DNA from: Mantamonas sphyraenae STR306
Lineage: Eukaryota; Protista; CRuMs
Reading direction: 5' to 3'
Length of the DNA stretch: 64,000 bases
Assembly (NCBI GenBank): GCA_026936335.1
Contig: JAPMXV010000075.1
Span: forward strand, 124,001-188,000
The notes beneath the pieces were generated by a model. It was not told the DNA's origin. It searched no databases and saw only the letters and a list, made by a program, of their open reading frames with translations. The translations under genes and the position numbers were made by a program. This document shows positions 11,195 through 21,094 of the stretch, in pieces; the first letter of the stretch is position 1, and each line of letters opens with the position of its first letter.

Positions 11195-14100
11195 TCACAG
11201 GCCCGCAAGGACGTCGCCGAGGGCGTCGACGTCGAAATCGGAGGAAACGGTGGAGGTTGTGGAGGAGGTGGTCGTGTTTGAGGAAGAAGAGGAAGAGGAG
11301 GAGGTTGTGTGGCGCTGGGGCTGCGGTGTGGAAAAGGCTGGTTGGGACGGGGTTGGCGAGCGAGCAAACTCGGGCTTGGGAGTGAACGAGTTGCTGCGTC
11401 GGTGGCGACGGTGATGCTGGCCAACCATGAGGAGGTTTGTGTTGAGGGAAGCGAGTTGGGTCTGCTCCTGCACCTGCTGGGTGATGGCATCGTACCATGC
11501 TTCCATCTGCTCAACCTGGCCCTCGGCAAAGGCGAGCTCGATGGCAGCTCCCTTGCTGGCGTCGTTGCGCGTGGCAAGGATGCGAGATGAGGAGTCGAGG
11601 ACGACCGATGCGCCAGTGAGCGGCACAAAGGCGTTCATCTTGTAGGTGCTGGTGCTCTTGCGAGTGAACCCACTGCTGGCTGTGCTGATCAGCAGCATGT
11701 CGTTGAAGAGAAAGGCGTACCGTGATTGGGCCTTGCCTCGTTTCCCCTTCTTGTTTGCCTTGCCTGCTTCACTCACATTGCCCTCTTTCACCAGCATCCG
11801 TCCTTCCTTTTGGATGGCCAGGTCCCCTCGGTGGTGGATGGCCTCTTCCAGGGCGCTGAGCTTGTCGCTGACCTGCTCCGCGGCTCGCTTCTCCTCGTTG
11901 ATGAACGTGTTGACCTTGATCATGTCCTCCACGGCTTGCTCGAGGCCTTCGTAGTCGGGATGCTGTGGCCATGTGTGCTTGAGCATCTCTTGCAGGAGCA
12001 GCTGGTAGCGTGGCATGCGTTGGACGAGGGTGATGAGAAGTGATTGCAGATTCTGTCCCTGGCAACGCGAGTCTTGGATGGCCTGGTTGCAAAAGAGGAC
12101 AAACTCACGGTTGACACCCTTTTGACACAGGTGTGTCCACAGACCCATGGCTGCGTCGTAATTGACAACGTATTCGGCGTACTCGGTGAACTGCTCCATC
12201 ATGTCCAGGAAGAGGTCGGAAACGATGGGGCGCGTCTCTCCGTCGAGGTTCCACACGCGATCGTAGAGACGCTTCTGGAACGGAGCATTGATCTCGTAGA
12301 TGCGCTCCAGGACGGGAGAGAACAGCGTGTCGATCTCGTCGTGTGTGAGGATGGGTGTCTCTGAGTCGGCCCACTGGCGTAGAGGGAGGAGGTACACGTT
12401 GATGAGGGCGTCGAGTTGTCGTACGTAGGTGCGTTCGGAGGTGAGGATCTCGCGTTCGGTCTTGCGGCGGACCTTGCGCCACTTGAGGATCTTTGCGTAG
12501 CGCTTGCGTGCCAGCTTGCCCTTGATGAGACGTTGGATGTGTGTGGCAGCGGTGTGGTCGTCCATGGGGGCGGAGAACTCGGAAAGGGTGCCTGCGAGGA
12601 GATCCACGTTGAAGGTGTCATCGTCGGCGGGAGAGGCATCATCTTCGTTGAGGGTGGAGAGGGTGGAGAGGGTGCCGGCGAGGGAGTCGACATCAAAGTT
12701 GAAGGAATCTTGGTGGGTAAAGGAGGGTGCAGGGGTGGTATGGGCGTGTTGGAGCGGTGTGGAGTCGGGGACGGGGTCCGAGTCCGTCACGTGTTCGGGT
12801 GTGGGGTGTGGATCTGGAGTGAAGGTTGTGGATTCCTCAGGCTGGTTCGTGGGATCTGGGGTCAGGGCAGCGGTGAGGGAGTCCACGTTGAACGAGTTGA
12901 ACGAGTCGTCGTCGTCTTTGGTGTATGTTTCCTCAGGCTGGTTCGTGGGATCTGGGGTCAGGGCAGCGGTGAGGGAGTCCACGTTGAACGAGCCGTCGTC
13001 CTCTTTGGTGTATGTTTCCTCAGGCTGGTTCGTGGGATCTGGGGTCAGGGCAGCGGTGAGGGAGTCCACGTTGAACGAGCCGTCGTCCTCTTTGGTGTAT
13101 GTTTCCTCAGGCTGGTTCGTGGGATCCGGGGTCAGGGCAGCGGTGAGGGAGTCCACGTTGAACGAGCCGTCGTCCTCTTTGGTGTATGTTTCCTCAGGCT
13201 GGTTCGTGGGATCCGGTGTCAGGGCAGCGGTGAGGGAGTCCACGTTGAACGAGTCGTCGTCCTCTTTGGTGTATGTTTCCTCAGGCTGGTTCGTGGGATC
13301 CGGGGTCAGGGCAGCGGTGAGGGAGTCCACGTTGAACGAGTCGTCGTTGTCCTTGGTGTATGTTTCCTCAGGCTGGTTCGTGGGATCCGGGGTCAGGGCA
13401 GCGGTGAGGGAGTCCACGTTGAACGAGTCGTCGTCCTCTTTGGTGTATGTCTCCTCAGGCTGGTTCGTGGGATCCGGGGTCAGGGCAGCGGTGAGGGAGT
13501 CCACGTTGAACGAGTCGTCGTCCTCTTTGGTGTATGTTTCCTCAGGCTGGTTCGTGGGATCTGGGGTCAGGGCAGCGGTGAGGGAGTCCACGTTGAACGA
13601 GTCGTCGTTGTCCTTGGTGTATGTTTCCTCAGGCTGGTTCGTGGGATCCGGGGTCAGGGCAGCGGTGAGGGAGTCCACGTTGAACGAGTCGTCGTTGTCC
13701 TTGGTATATGTCTCCTCAGGCTGGTTCGTGGGATCCGGGGTCAGGGCAGCGGTGAGGGAGTCCACGTTGAACGAGTCGTCGTCCTCTTTGGTGTATGTTT
13801 CCTCAGGCTGGTTCGTGGGATCCGGGGTCAGGGCAGCGGTGAGGGAGTCCACGTTGAATGAGTTGTCGTCGTCCTTGGTGTCGTTGATAGGATCCGGTGT
13901 CAGGGCGGCTGTGAGCGCATCCACGTTGAACGAATCGTCCACTCCTCCTTCATGCGTGTTTGCAGGGTCAGGAGTCAGTGCAGCGGTTAGGGCGTCCACG
14001 TTGAAACCATCATCGTCGTACGGAATCGTTGCGTCAGCGGGATTCTTGGCAGGGTCCGGTGTCAGCGCAGCGGTGAGCGCATCCACGTTGAACGAATCAT

Positions 14101-17100
14101 CGTCCGCTGTGGTCACTTGCTTTCGCTCGCTGGCTGGCTCAGGGGTGGCTGTCAATTCCATTGCTTGGGCGACGTCCTTCCGGCCTTGACCTTGCGGAGA
14201 TTCCCACAGTCCTGCAGGAGTCATCTCGCGAGAGCTAAAGCGAGCCACTTCGTTGTCCAGGCTGTCCACGCTCCCCGATGACGGGCTGGAGGCAAGGCCT
14301 GTATCTGGTTTCTTCCAGTGGGAGGGCTTTGGAGCCTCAACGGTGTCTTCCATCGTTGGCACTTCGTACTGTTTCGTCTTTGTGGCCAGATGGTAGTAGA
14401 AAACGCGGTTGTTGCCTCGTTGGACACGCTTCCACCCTGGTGGAAGGCGTTCGTTGTCCTCACTGACGTTTCGCTTTGCCAGTCGATCCTTGCGCTCCTG
14501 TTCCTTCCTCGCCATTTCTGCAGCTGCTTCGGCCTCTTCACGTTCAAGACGCTCTTTCTCCTTGCGTGCAAGCATTGCATCTTGTTCCTCGCGCTGCGCA
14601 CGCTCTTCGGCCACGCGCTCGGCATCACTCTGTTGAGAACGGGCCAGTCGCTGCTCCCATGCCAACTGCTTGAGACGGCGACGTTCGCGTCGTTCGTCTG
14701 CCTCCTTTGCCTTTGCAAGAGCAGCCGCCTCCTCTTCGTCATTCATGGGAGACTCTACAGTCGTGGTCGGTTTGTCCTCCACAGGCTGGGTCACCTCTGC
14801 TGCATCCACCTCCACGGTGTTGTCAGTGGTTGGTTCATCCACAGCCATGGTCGGTTTGTCGTCCACAGGCTGGGTCACCTCTGCTGCATCCACCTCCACG
14901 GTGTTGTCTGTGGTTGGTTCATCCACAGCCATGGTCGGTTTGTCGTCCACAGGCTGGGTCGCCTCTGCTGCATCCACCCCCGCGGCGTTGTCAGTGGTTG
15001 GTTCATCCACAGCCATGGTCGGTTTGTCCTCCACAGGCTGGGTCACCTCTGCTGCATCCACCTCCACGGTGTTGTCAGTGGTTGGTTCATCCACAGCCAT
15101 GGTCGGTTTGTCGTCCACAGGCTGGGTCACCTCTGCTGCATCCACCTCCACGGTGTTGTCAGTGGTTGGTTCATCCACAGCCATGGTCGGTTTGTCGTCC
15201 ACAGGCTGGGTCACCTCTGCTGCATCCACCTCCACGGTGTTGTCTGTGGTTGGTTCATCCACAGCCATGGTCGGTTTGTCGTCCACAGGCTGGGTCGCCT
15301 CTGCTGCATCCACCCCCGCGGCGTTGTCAGTGGTTGGTTCATCCACAGCCATGGTCGGTTTGTCCTCCACAGGCTGGGTCACCTCTGCTGCATCCACCTC
15401 CACGGTGTTGTCAGTGGTTGGTTCATCCACAGCCATGGTCGGTTTGTCCTCCACAGGCTGGGTCACCTCTGCTGCATCCACCTCCACGGTGTTGTCAGTG
15501 GTTGGTTCATCCACAGCCATGGTCGGTTTGTCGTCCACAGGCTGGGTCACCTCTGCTGCATCCACCTCCACGGTGTTGTCAGTGGTTGGTTCATCCACAG
15601 CCATGGTCGGTTTGTCGTCCACAGGCTGGGTCACCTCTGCTGCATCCACCTCCACGGTGTTGTCAGTGGTTGGTTCATCCACAGCCGTGGTCGGTTTGTC
15701 GTCCACAGGCTGGGTCGCCTCTGCTGCATCCACCTCCACGGTGTTGTCAGTGGTTGGTTCATCCACAGCCATGGTCGGTTTGTCGTCCACAGGCTGGGTC
15801 ACCTCTGCTGCATCCACCTCCACGGTGTTGTCAGTGGTTGGTTCATCCACAGCCATGGTCGGTTTGTCGTCCACAGGCTGGGTCACCTCTGCTGCATCCA
15901 CCTCCACGGTGTTGTCAGTGGTTGGCTCATCCACAGCCATGGTCGGTTTGTCCTCCACAGGCTGGGTCGCCTCTGCTGCATCCACCTCCACGGTGTTGTC
16001 AGTGGTTGGTTCATCCACAGCCATGGTCGGTTTGTCGTCCACAGGCTGGGTCACCTCTGCTGCATCCACCTCCACGGTGTTGTCAGTGGTTGGCTCATCC
16101 ACAGCCATGGTCGGTTTGTCGTCCACAACCACAGCGTGCTTGCCCTCTATGACCACCACCGGCAGGTCCTTTACAATCACCACGTCCCGTTGGTCTCGGA
16201 CAGCAGGTGCGTCACTCTGCTCCTTCTCAGAGCTCGAGCTCAACTCCTCGCTCTTCATCTGTGTCAGCTTGCTAGCCGTTGCGACGACCTGTTGACGCAA
16301 CTCTTCGGCTGAACTCACAAACCGTTGCTCTCGCTCGGCTTGTCGGTTCTCCCGTTGCTGTTTTGACAAGTCCATGAGATGCTGTGCAGATTCGACCACA
16401 TCTTTTACGTCCACAACGTCGTCGGTTGGTTCGACAATGATCGGTATTGGCATGCCTTCTGCCGTTGCAAGAGCTCTTTGAGCCTCCTGGATGCGAGCGG
16501 CTGTTTGCTGGGCATTGCGTTGAGCTTCTGCCTCTGCTTGTGCCTGTGCTCGGCGTCTCTCCTCAGCGCGCTTCTTGGCTCGCGCCTCAGCATCCGCTTT
16601 CTTCTTTGCGTCTGCCTCGGCTTTCCTCTGTGCCTCAGCCTCAGCCTCTGCCTTTCTCCTTGCCTCAGCTTCTGCCTTCCTGCGCGCTTTCGCTTCTGCT
16701 TTCGCCTTCCTCTTAGCTTCAGCTTCAGCTTCAGCTTCAGCTTTCCTCTTCGCCTCAGCCTCTGCCTCGGCCTTCCTCTTTGCCTCAGCTTCTGCCTTCC
16801 TGCGCGCTTTCGCTTCTGCATTCGCCTTCCTCCTTGCTTCTGCTTCAGCTTCAGCCATCCTCCTTGCCTCAGCCTCTGCCTCGGCCTTCCTCTTCGCCTC
16901 AGCCTCTGCCTCGGACTTTCTCTTTGCTTCTGCTTCAGCTTCAGCCTTCCTCTTCGCCTCAGCCTCTGCCTCGGCCTTCCTTTTTGCCTCAGCTTCTGCC
17001 TTCCTGCGCGCTTTCGCTTCTGCTTTCGCCTTCCTCCTTGCTTCTGCTTCAGCTTCAGCCTTTCTCCTTGCCTCAGCCTCTGCCTCGGCCTTCCTCTTCG

Positions 17101-19771
17101 CCTCAGCCTCAGCCTCAGCCTTCCTCTTTGCCTCAGCCTCAGCCTCAGCCTTCCTCTTTGCCTCAGCTTCTGCCTCAGCTCTCTTCTTTGCTTCAGCTTC
17201 AGCTTTCCTCTTCGCCTCTGCCTCGGCCTCGGCCTTCCTCTTTGCCTCAGCTTCTGCCTCAGCTCTCTTCTTTGCCTCAGCCTCTGCCTCGGCCTTCCTC
17301 TTTGCCTCAGCTTCTGCCTTCCTGCGCGCTTTCGCTTCTGCTTTCGCCTTCCTCCTTGCTTCTGCTTCAGCTTCAGCCATCCTCCTTGCCTCAGCCTCTG
17401 CCTCGGCCTTCCTCTTCGCCTCAGCCTCAGCCTCGGACTTTCTCTTTGCCTCAGCTTCTGCCTCAGCCTTCCTCTTTGCTTCAGCTTCAGCTTCTGCCTT
17501 TCTCCTTGCCTCAGCCTCAGCTTCTGCGTTCCTGCGCGCTTTCGCTTCTGCTTTCGCCTTTCTCCTTGCTTCAGCTTCAGCCTCAGCCTTCCTCTTTGCC
17601 TCAGCTTCTGCCTCAGCTCTCTTCTTTGCTTCAGCTTCAGCTTTCCTCTTTGCCTCAGCTTCAGCCTCAGCCTTCCTCTTTGCCTCAGCTTCTGCCTTCA
17701 TGCGCGCTTTCGCTTCTGCTTTCGCCTTCCTCCTTGCTTCTGCTTCAGCTTCAGCCATCCTCCTTGCCTCAGCCTCTGCCTCGGCCTTCCTCTTTGCCTC
17801 AGCTTCAGCCTCAGCCTTTCTCCTTGCCTCTGCTTCAGCTTCAGCCTTCCTCCTTGCCTCAGCCTCTGCCTCGGCCTTCCTCTTCGCCTCAGCCTCAGCC
17901 TCGGACTTTCTCTTTGCTTCAGCTTCTGCTTTTGCCTTCCTCCTTGCCTCAGCTTCTGCCTCAGCCTTCCTCTTTGCTTCAGCTTCAGCTTCAGCCTTCC
18001 TCCTTGCCTCAGCCTCTGCCTCGGCCTTCCTCTTCGCCTCAGCCTCAGCCTCGGACTTTCTCTTTGCTTCAGCTTCTGCTTTTGCCTTCCTCCTTGCCTC
18101 AGCTTCTGCCTCAGCCTTCCTCTTTGCTTCAGCTTCAGCTTCAGCCTTCCTCTTCGCCTCAGCTTCTGCCTCGGCCTTCCTCTTTGCCTCAGCTTCTGCC
18201 TCAGCCTTTCTCCTTGCCTCAGCCTCAGCTTCTGCCTTCCTGCGCGCTTTCGCTTCTGCTTTCGCCTTTCTCCTTGCTTCTGCTTCAGCCTCGGCCTTCC
18301 TCTTCGCCTCAGCCTCAGCCTCTGCTCTCTTCTTTGCCTCAGCTTCAGCCTCAGCCTTTCTCCTTGCCTCTGCTTCTGCCTCAGCTCTCTTCTTTGCCTC
18401 AGCTTCTGCCTCAGCCTTCCTCTTCGCCTCGGCGGCTTCAGCCTCTGCCTTCTTCTTTGCCTCAGCTTCAGCCTCGGCCTTCCTCCTTGCCTCAGCTTCT
18501 GCCTTCCTGCGCGCTTTCGCTTCTGCTTTCGCCTTTCTCCTTGCTTCTGCTTCAGCCTCGGCCTTCCTCTTCGCCTCAGCCTCAGCCTCTGCTCTCTTCT
18601 TTGCCTCGGCTTCTGCCTCAGCTCTGTTCTTTGCCTCTGCGTCGGCTGCAGCTTGTCGCTTCGCTTCTGCATCCGCCTTACGCTTTGCCCAAACTTCAGC
18701 TTCCGCTTGACGCTTAGTTTCAAGCTCGGCCAGCCGCGCTGCCTCGGCTTCTGCATTCCTCTTCACTTCTGCTTGCGCTTGTGCCTTCTCTTGTGCCGTT
18801 TCGGTCGTTTCCTTTGTTGTGGCTTCGCCCTCAGTGCTCTTTTGTGCGTTCGCCTGTGGCTCTGCATGTTTCCTGCCCTCTGCTTGCCTCTTGGCCTCTT
18901 CTCCTGCTTCCTTCCGCCTCTCCACTTCAGCGTTGGCCTCCAACTCTGTGTTGCTCATCGTCTCGTTTCTCTCGGCACGCGAATTCGCCGCGTTCTCCGT
19001 CGCCGGTGCCACATGGACATCTTGCATCTTGTCCACATGCTGCGTCGCTGCCCTATCTACACCTGACCTGCTCTTGTCCGCAGCCATGTCAATCATGATG
19101 TCCGATGTTTCCTCCACAGCCAGCTGGCTGGGCGCGTTTTCCTGCTGCGTTGTCATGTCGCCATTTACGCCGCTGTTGCCGCTATCTGCATCCCCGGCGA
19201 CGGCGTTCCCCTGGCCGACATGCTCGGCTGCCACTCTCGACGTGTGTTCACCGTTTGTAGCGTCCAGGGATTCCACGGTCTCTTGCACCTCCCCCAAAGT
19301 GGTTGTGTCGTCTGCTGCGGCATTCACTTCCGAGCGCAGCGACCGGCGTACGTCTTCCATCCTGTCCATCAGCAGCAGTGTGTCATCCAGCAGCTCCTTT
19401 TGCCTGAGTGCTGCTATTCTCGACTGCTCCTGCAGCCTGTCCACGCGTCCAGAGAGATTTGTCAACGTGTGGCGCGCGTCGTGCACCGTTTTCACAGCTT
19501 CGTCCAACGACTCGTCTGTGCTATCCACAGGAGTGCGCAACCCATCCGCGTCATCCCAGCCCAGATTCGAGCGCACAGACAACACCGAGCGGCCCGAGCT
19601 CCTCATCGACGCTACAGACGCTGTGTCTTGGCCGTCATCCAACGTTTCTTCGCGCCAATACATCCACGCCCCGGCCGCCACTCCCGCGGCCACCGCCGCT
19701 GCTCCAGCCACCGTCCATCCATTCCATACAGTGCTTGCATCGCTTTGCGCCTTTTGCTGCTCGCCACTCAT
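11195..19771 (-). CDS. Giant RhoGEF: N-terminal TM, charged Ala/Glu/Lys/Arg helix, acidic repeats, WW, IQ, DH-PH (~2858 aa)
   Basis: Likely ATG at 19771 (MSGEQQK). TM WTVAGAAAVAAGVAAGAWMYW. WW LPPGWKRVQ..VFYYHLATKTKQYEVP. IQ HIQRLIKGKLARKRY. DH REILTSERTYVRQL..LVQRMPRYQLLLQEMLKHT. PH RYAFLFNDMLLI. Confidence 0.9.
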   Translation of the reverse strand: MSGEQQKAQSDASTVWNGWTVAGAAAVAAGVAAGAWMYWREETLDDGQDTASVASMRSSGRSVLSVRSNLGWDDADGLRTPVDSTDESLDEAVKTVHDARHTLTNLSGRVDRLQEQSRIAALRQKELLDDTLLLMDRMEDVRRSLRSEVNAAADDTTTLGEVQETVESLDATNGEHTSRVAAEHVGQGNAVAGDADSGNSGVNGDMTTQQENAPSQLAVEETSDIMIDMAADKSRSGVDRAATQHVDKMQDVHVAPATENAANSRAERNETMSNTELEANAEVERRKEAGEEAKRQAEGRKHAEPQANAQKSTEGEATTKETTETAQEKAQAQAEVKRNAEAEAARLAELETKRQAEAEVWAKRKADAEAKRQAAADAEAKNRAEAEAEAKKRAEAEAEAKRKAEAEAEARRKAKAEAKARRKAEAEARRKAEAEAEAKKKAEAEAAEAKRKAEAEAEAKKRAEAEAEARRKAEAEAEAKKRAEAEAEAKRKAEAEAEARRKAKAEAKARRKAEAEAEARRKAEAEAEAKRKAEAEAEAKRKAEAEAEAKRKAEAEAEARRKAKAEAEAKRKSEAEAEAKRKAEAEAEARRKAEAEAEAKRKAEAEAEARRKAKAEAEAKRKSEAEAEAKRKAEAEAEARRKAEAEAEARRKAEAEAEAKRKAEAEAEARRMAEAEAEARRKAKAEAKARMKAEAEAKRKAEAEAEAKRKAEAEAKKRAEAEAEAKRKAEAEAEARRKAKAEAKARRNAEAEAEARRKAEAEAEAKRKAEAEAEAKRKSEAEAEAKRKAEAEAEARRMAEAEAEARRKAKAEAKARRKAEAEAKRKAEAEAEAKKRAEAEAEAKRKAEAEAEAKRKAEAEAKKRAEAEAEAKRKAEAEAEAKRKAEAEAEAKRKAEAEAEARRKAEAEAEARRKAKAEAKARRKAEAEAKRKAEAEAEAKRKAEAEAEAKRKSEAEAEAKRKAEAEAEARRMAEAEAEARRKANAEAKARRKAEAEAKRKAEAEAEAKRKAEAEAEAEAKRKAKAEAKARRKAEAEARRKAEAEAEAQRKAEADAKKKADAEARAKKRAEERRRAQAQAEAEAQRNAQQTAARIQEAQRALATAEGMPIPIIVEPTDDVVDVKDVVESAQHLMDLSKQQRENRQAEREQRFVSSAEELRQQVVATASKLTQMKSEELSSSSEKEQSDAPAVRDQRDVVIVKDLPVVVIEGKHAVVVDDKPTMAVDEPTTDNTVEVDAAEVTQPVDDKPTMAVDEPTTDNTVEVDAAEATQPVEDKPTMAVDEPTTDNTVEVDAAEVTQPVDDKPTMAVDEPTTDNTVEVDAAEVTQPVDDKPTMAVDEPTTDNTVEVDAAEATQPVDDKPTTAVDEPTTDNTVEVDAAEVTQPVDDKPTMAVDEPTTDNTVEVDAAEVTQPVDDKPTMAVDEPTTDNTVEVDAAEVTQPVEDKPTMAVDEPTTDNTVEVDAAEVTQPVEDKPTMAVDEPTTDNAAGVDAAEATQPVDDKPTMAVDEPTTDNTVEVDAAEVTQPVDDKPTMAVDEPTTDNTVEVDAAEVTQPVDDKPTMAVDEPTTDNTVEVDAAEVTQPVEDKPTMAVDEPTTDNAAGVDAAEATQPVDDKPTMAVDEPTTDNTVEVDAAEVTQPVDDKPTMAVDEPTTDNTVEVDAAEVTQPVEDKPTTTVESPMNDEEEAAALAKAKEADERRERRRLKQLAWEQRLARSQQSDAERVAEERAQREEQDAMLARKEKERLEREEAEAAAEMARKEQERKDRLAKRNVSEDNERLPPGWKRVQRGNNRVFYYHLATKTKQYEVPTMEDTVEAPKPSHWKKPDTGLASSPSSGSVDSLDNEVARFSSREMTPAGLWESPQGQGRKDVAQAMELTATPEPASERKQVTTADDDSFNVDALTAALTPDPAKNPADATIPYDDDGFNVDALTAALTPDPANTHEGGVDDSFNVDALTAALTPDPINDTKDDDNSFNVDSLTAALTPDPTNQPEETYTKEDDDSFNVDSLTAALTPDPTNQPEETYTKDNDDSFNVDSLTAALTPDPTNQPEETYTKDNDDSFNVDSLTAALTPDPTNQPEETYTKEDDDSFNVDSLTAALTPDPTNQPEETYTKEDDDSFNVDSLTAALTPDPTNQPEETYTKDNDDSFNVDSLTAALTPDPTNQPEETYTKEDDDSFNVDSLTAALTPDPTNQPEETYTKEDDGSFNVDSLTAALTPDPTNQPEETYTKEDDGSFNVDSLTAALTPDPTNQPEETYTKEDDGSFNVDSLTAALTPDPTNQPEETYTKDDDDSFNSFNVDSLTAALTPDPTNQPEESTTFTPDPHPTPEHVTDSDPVPDSTPLQHAHTTPAPSFTHQDSFNFDVDSLAGTLSTLSTLNEDDASPADDDTFNVDLLAGTLSEFSAPMDDHTAATHIQRLIKGKLARKRYAKILKWRKVRRKTEREILTSERTYVRQLDALINVYLLPLRQWADSETPILTHDEIDTLFSPVLERIYEINAPFQKRLYDRVWNLDGETRPIVSDLFLDMMEQFTEYAEYVVNYDAAMGLWTHLCQKGVNREFVLFCNQAIQDSRCQGQNLQSLLITLVQRMPRYQLLLQEMLKHTWPQHPDYEGLEQAVEDMIKVNTFINEEKRAAEQVSDKLSALEEAIHHRGDLAIQKEGRMLVKEGNVSEAGKANKKGKRGKAQSRYAFLFNDMLLISTASSGFTRKSTSTYKMNAFVPLTGASVVLDSSSRILATRNDASKGAAIELAFAEGQVEQMEAWYDAITQQVQEQTQLASLNTNLLMVGQHHRRHRRSNSFTPKPEFARSPTPSQPAFSTPQPQRHTTSSSSSSSSNTTTSSTTSTVSSDFDVDALGDVLAGL
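12832..13870 (-). repeat. Coding tandem repeat, 87-bp unit (29 aa, DDDSFNVDSLTAALTPDPTNQPEETYTKE), ~12 copies plus degenerate flanking copies
   Basis: Period read directly: ACGTTGAACGAG occurs at 12981 and 13068. Confidence 0.95.
14760..16130 (-). repeat. Coding tandem repeat, 84-bp unit (28 aa, VDDKPTMAVDEPTTDNTVEVDAAEVTQP), ~16 copies
   Basis: Near-identical units are visible in both DNA and translation. Confidence 0.95.
16560..18710 (-). repeat. Coding minisatellite of 24-30 bp units (AEAEAEAKRK / AKAEAKARRK variants), ~700 aa
   Basis: Direct reading; higher-order repetition of variant units (KSEAE, RMAEAE). Confidence 0.95.
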
Positions 19772-20005
19772 GCTCAAATGCACCGGCAGACCTGCGCTTT
19801 TTTCCTTTGCCTCTTTGTCCGCCGTCCTCTCACCGCCATCCGACTGTGGGTCACCTCGCCGTGTTGTTCTCAACACACACCACAATCCACCTGCTCCAAC
19901 AATCCAGTGGACCTGTGTCCCAACCATGACTTGTGCGCAGCATTGGGCACGACAAACAACATCGTCTCGGAGGCCACCACCCAGCGTCGTCCTCGCCTTG
20001 CCCTC

Positions 20006-20009
<4 letters not shown>

Positions 20010-20044
<35 letters not shown>
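20010..20044 (+). repeat. (CA)n microsatellite in the RhoGEF/GPCR divergent spacer
   Basis: About 17 consecutive CA units. Confidence 0.95.
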
Positions 20045-20045
<1 letters not shown>

Positions 20046-20079
20046 ACGTCACCGCGAACAGGAGCAATAGCGTGCAGCA

Positions 20080-20994
20080 ATGCCTGTTCCCGACGCAGTC
20101 CTCTTTGAAGAGAACGACACAAACACCCTGAAGCAGCTGACGCTCGTCTCGTCGGGCCTCTCGCTCGTCGGAGGTGTGGTGGTTCTCATCTCGGCTGCAC
20201 TGGTGCCACATCTGCGCCAGTTTCCAGGCAGGCTCGTGCTGTGCCTAACCATCGGAGACACGCTGGCAGCGGCCTCGTACCTGATTTCAGATTCCTCCCA
20301 AGACGACGGCGCGTTTTCCTGCCTTTTCTCCGCCTCGCTGATGTCTTTTTCACAGTCCCTCTCTGTGCTGTACACGGCGTGCATTGCACACAGCGTACTA
20401 CGCATGGCAGCCGCCGACTCGAATGACGACCGCTCCCTGGAGCCGCTGTACCACTTTGTGTGCACCACGCTCCCACTGATCAGCATCATAGTGCTCGCGT
20501 CCACACGTCAGTTTGGCCCCACTGCAGTGTGGTGCTGGATCCCGGTCAACCATACCCTGGCACGCATGGTCAGCTTTTACGGCCCGTTGTTTCTTGCGTT
20601 TCTGTATATCCTCGTCACATACGGGCGAGTGCTCAAACTGATCAACACCACCCTGAGGCAACTGCTAACAGAAGCACCCACGGCCGAGTCGCGCAGCCAC
20701 TACGAGCGCTCCAAGTTTGAAATCACTCGGCAGATCAGCGTGTACGTCGGCGTCTTCATCCTCTGCTGGCTCCCGGCCGTCATCAACCGAGTCCAGAACT
20801 GGATCGCGCCTGCAAGCCCCGTGTATGCCCTCTTTGCCTTGCAGGCCTCCATGTCTCCTGCCCAGGCCTTTGTCAATGCCCTGGCGTACGCCATGAACTC
20901 GCGGTTACGCGCAGAGTGGAGGGCCATCTTGCTCGGCGCCTGGAAAAGGCTCCGGCGCTTTGGGTCCACCTACGACCGCCTGGACACGATATGA
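20080..20994 (+). CDS. 7TM GPCR, cAMP-receptor/GCR1-like (304 aa)
   Basis: Seven hydrophobic segments; motifs RLVLCLTIGD, FGPTAVWCWI, FYGPL, YVGVFILCWLPAVINR, QAFVNALAYAMN. An in-frame TAG just upstream fixes the start. Confidence 0.88.
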   Translation: MPVPDAVLFEENDTNTLKQLTLVSSGLSLVGGVVVLISAALVPHLRQFPGRLVLCLTIGDTLAAASYLISDSSQDDGAFSCLFSASLMSFSQSLSVLYTACIAHSVLRMAAADSNDDRSLEPLYHFVCTTLPLISIIVLASTRQFGPTAVWCWIPVNHTLARMVSFYGPLFLAFLYILVTYGRVLKLINTTLRQLLTEAPTAESRSHYERSKFEITRQISVYVGVFILCWLPAVINRVQNWIAPASPVYALFALQASMSPAQAFVNALAYAMNSRLRAEWRAILLGAWKRLRRFGSTYDRLDTI

Positions 20995-21094
20995 GCTGGT
21001 GCACGACCAGACAGTGTGGCGAGGGGGCGCCCCGTCCGAACAAAACCAAACCCTTTTCAATTTCTTTTCTGCAATCCGTTCACGCACGAGGAAC

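Noticed and set aside
12832-16130. CRISPR-like regular repeats
   Set aside because: Head-to-tail in-frame coding repeats without unique spacers; eukaryotic context; no cas genes.
19772-20122. N-terminal extension of the RhoGEF ORF to 20122
   Set aside because: Non-ATG start, reads through the (CA)n microsatellite and overlaps the GPCR start; ATG 19771 is more plausible.
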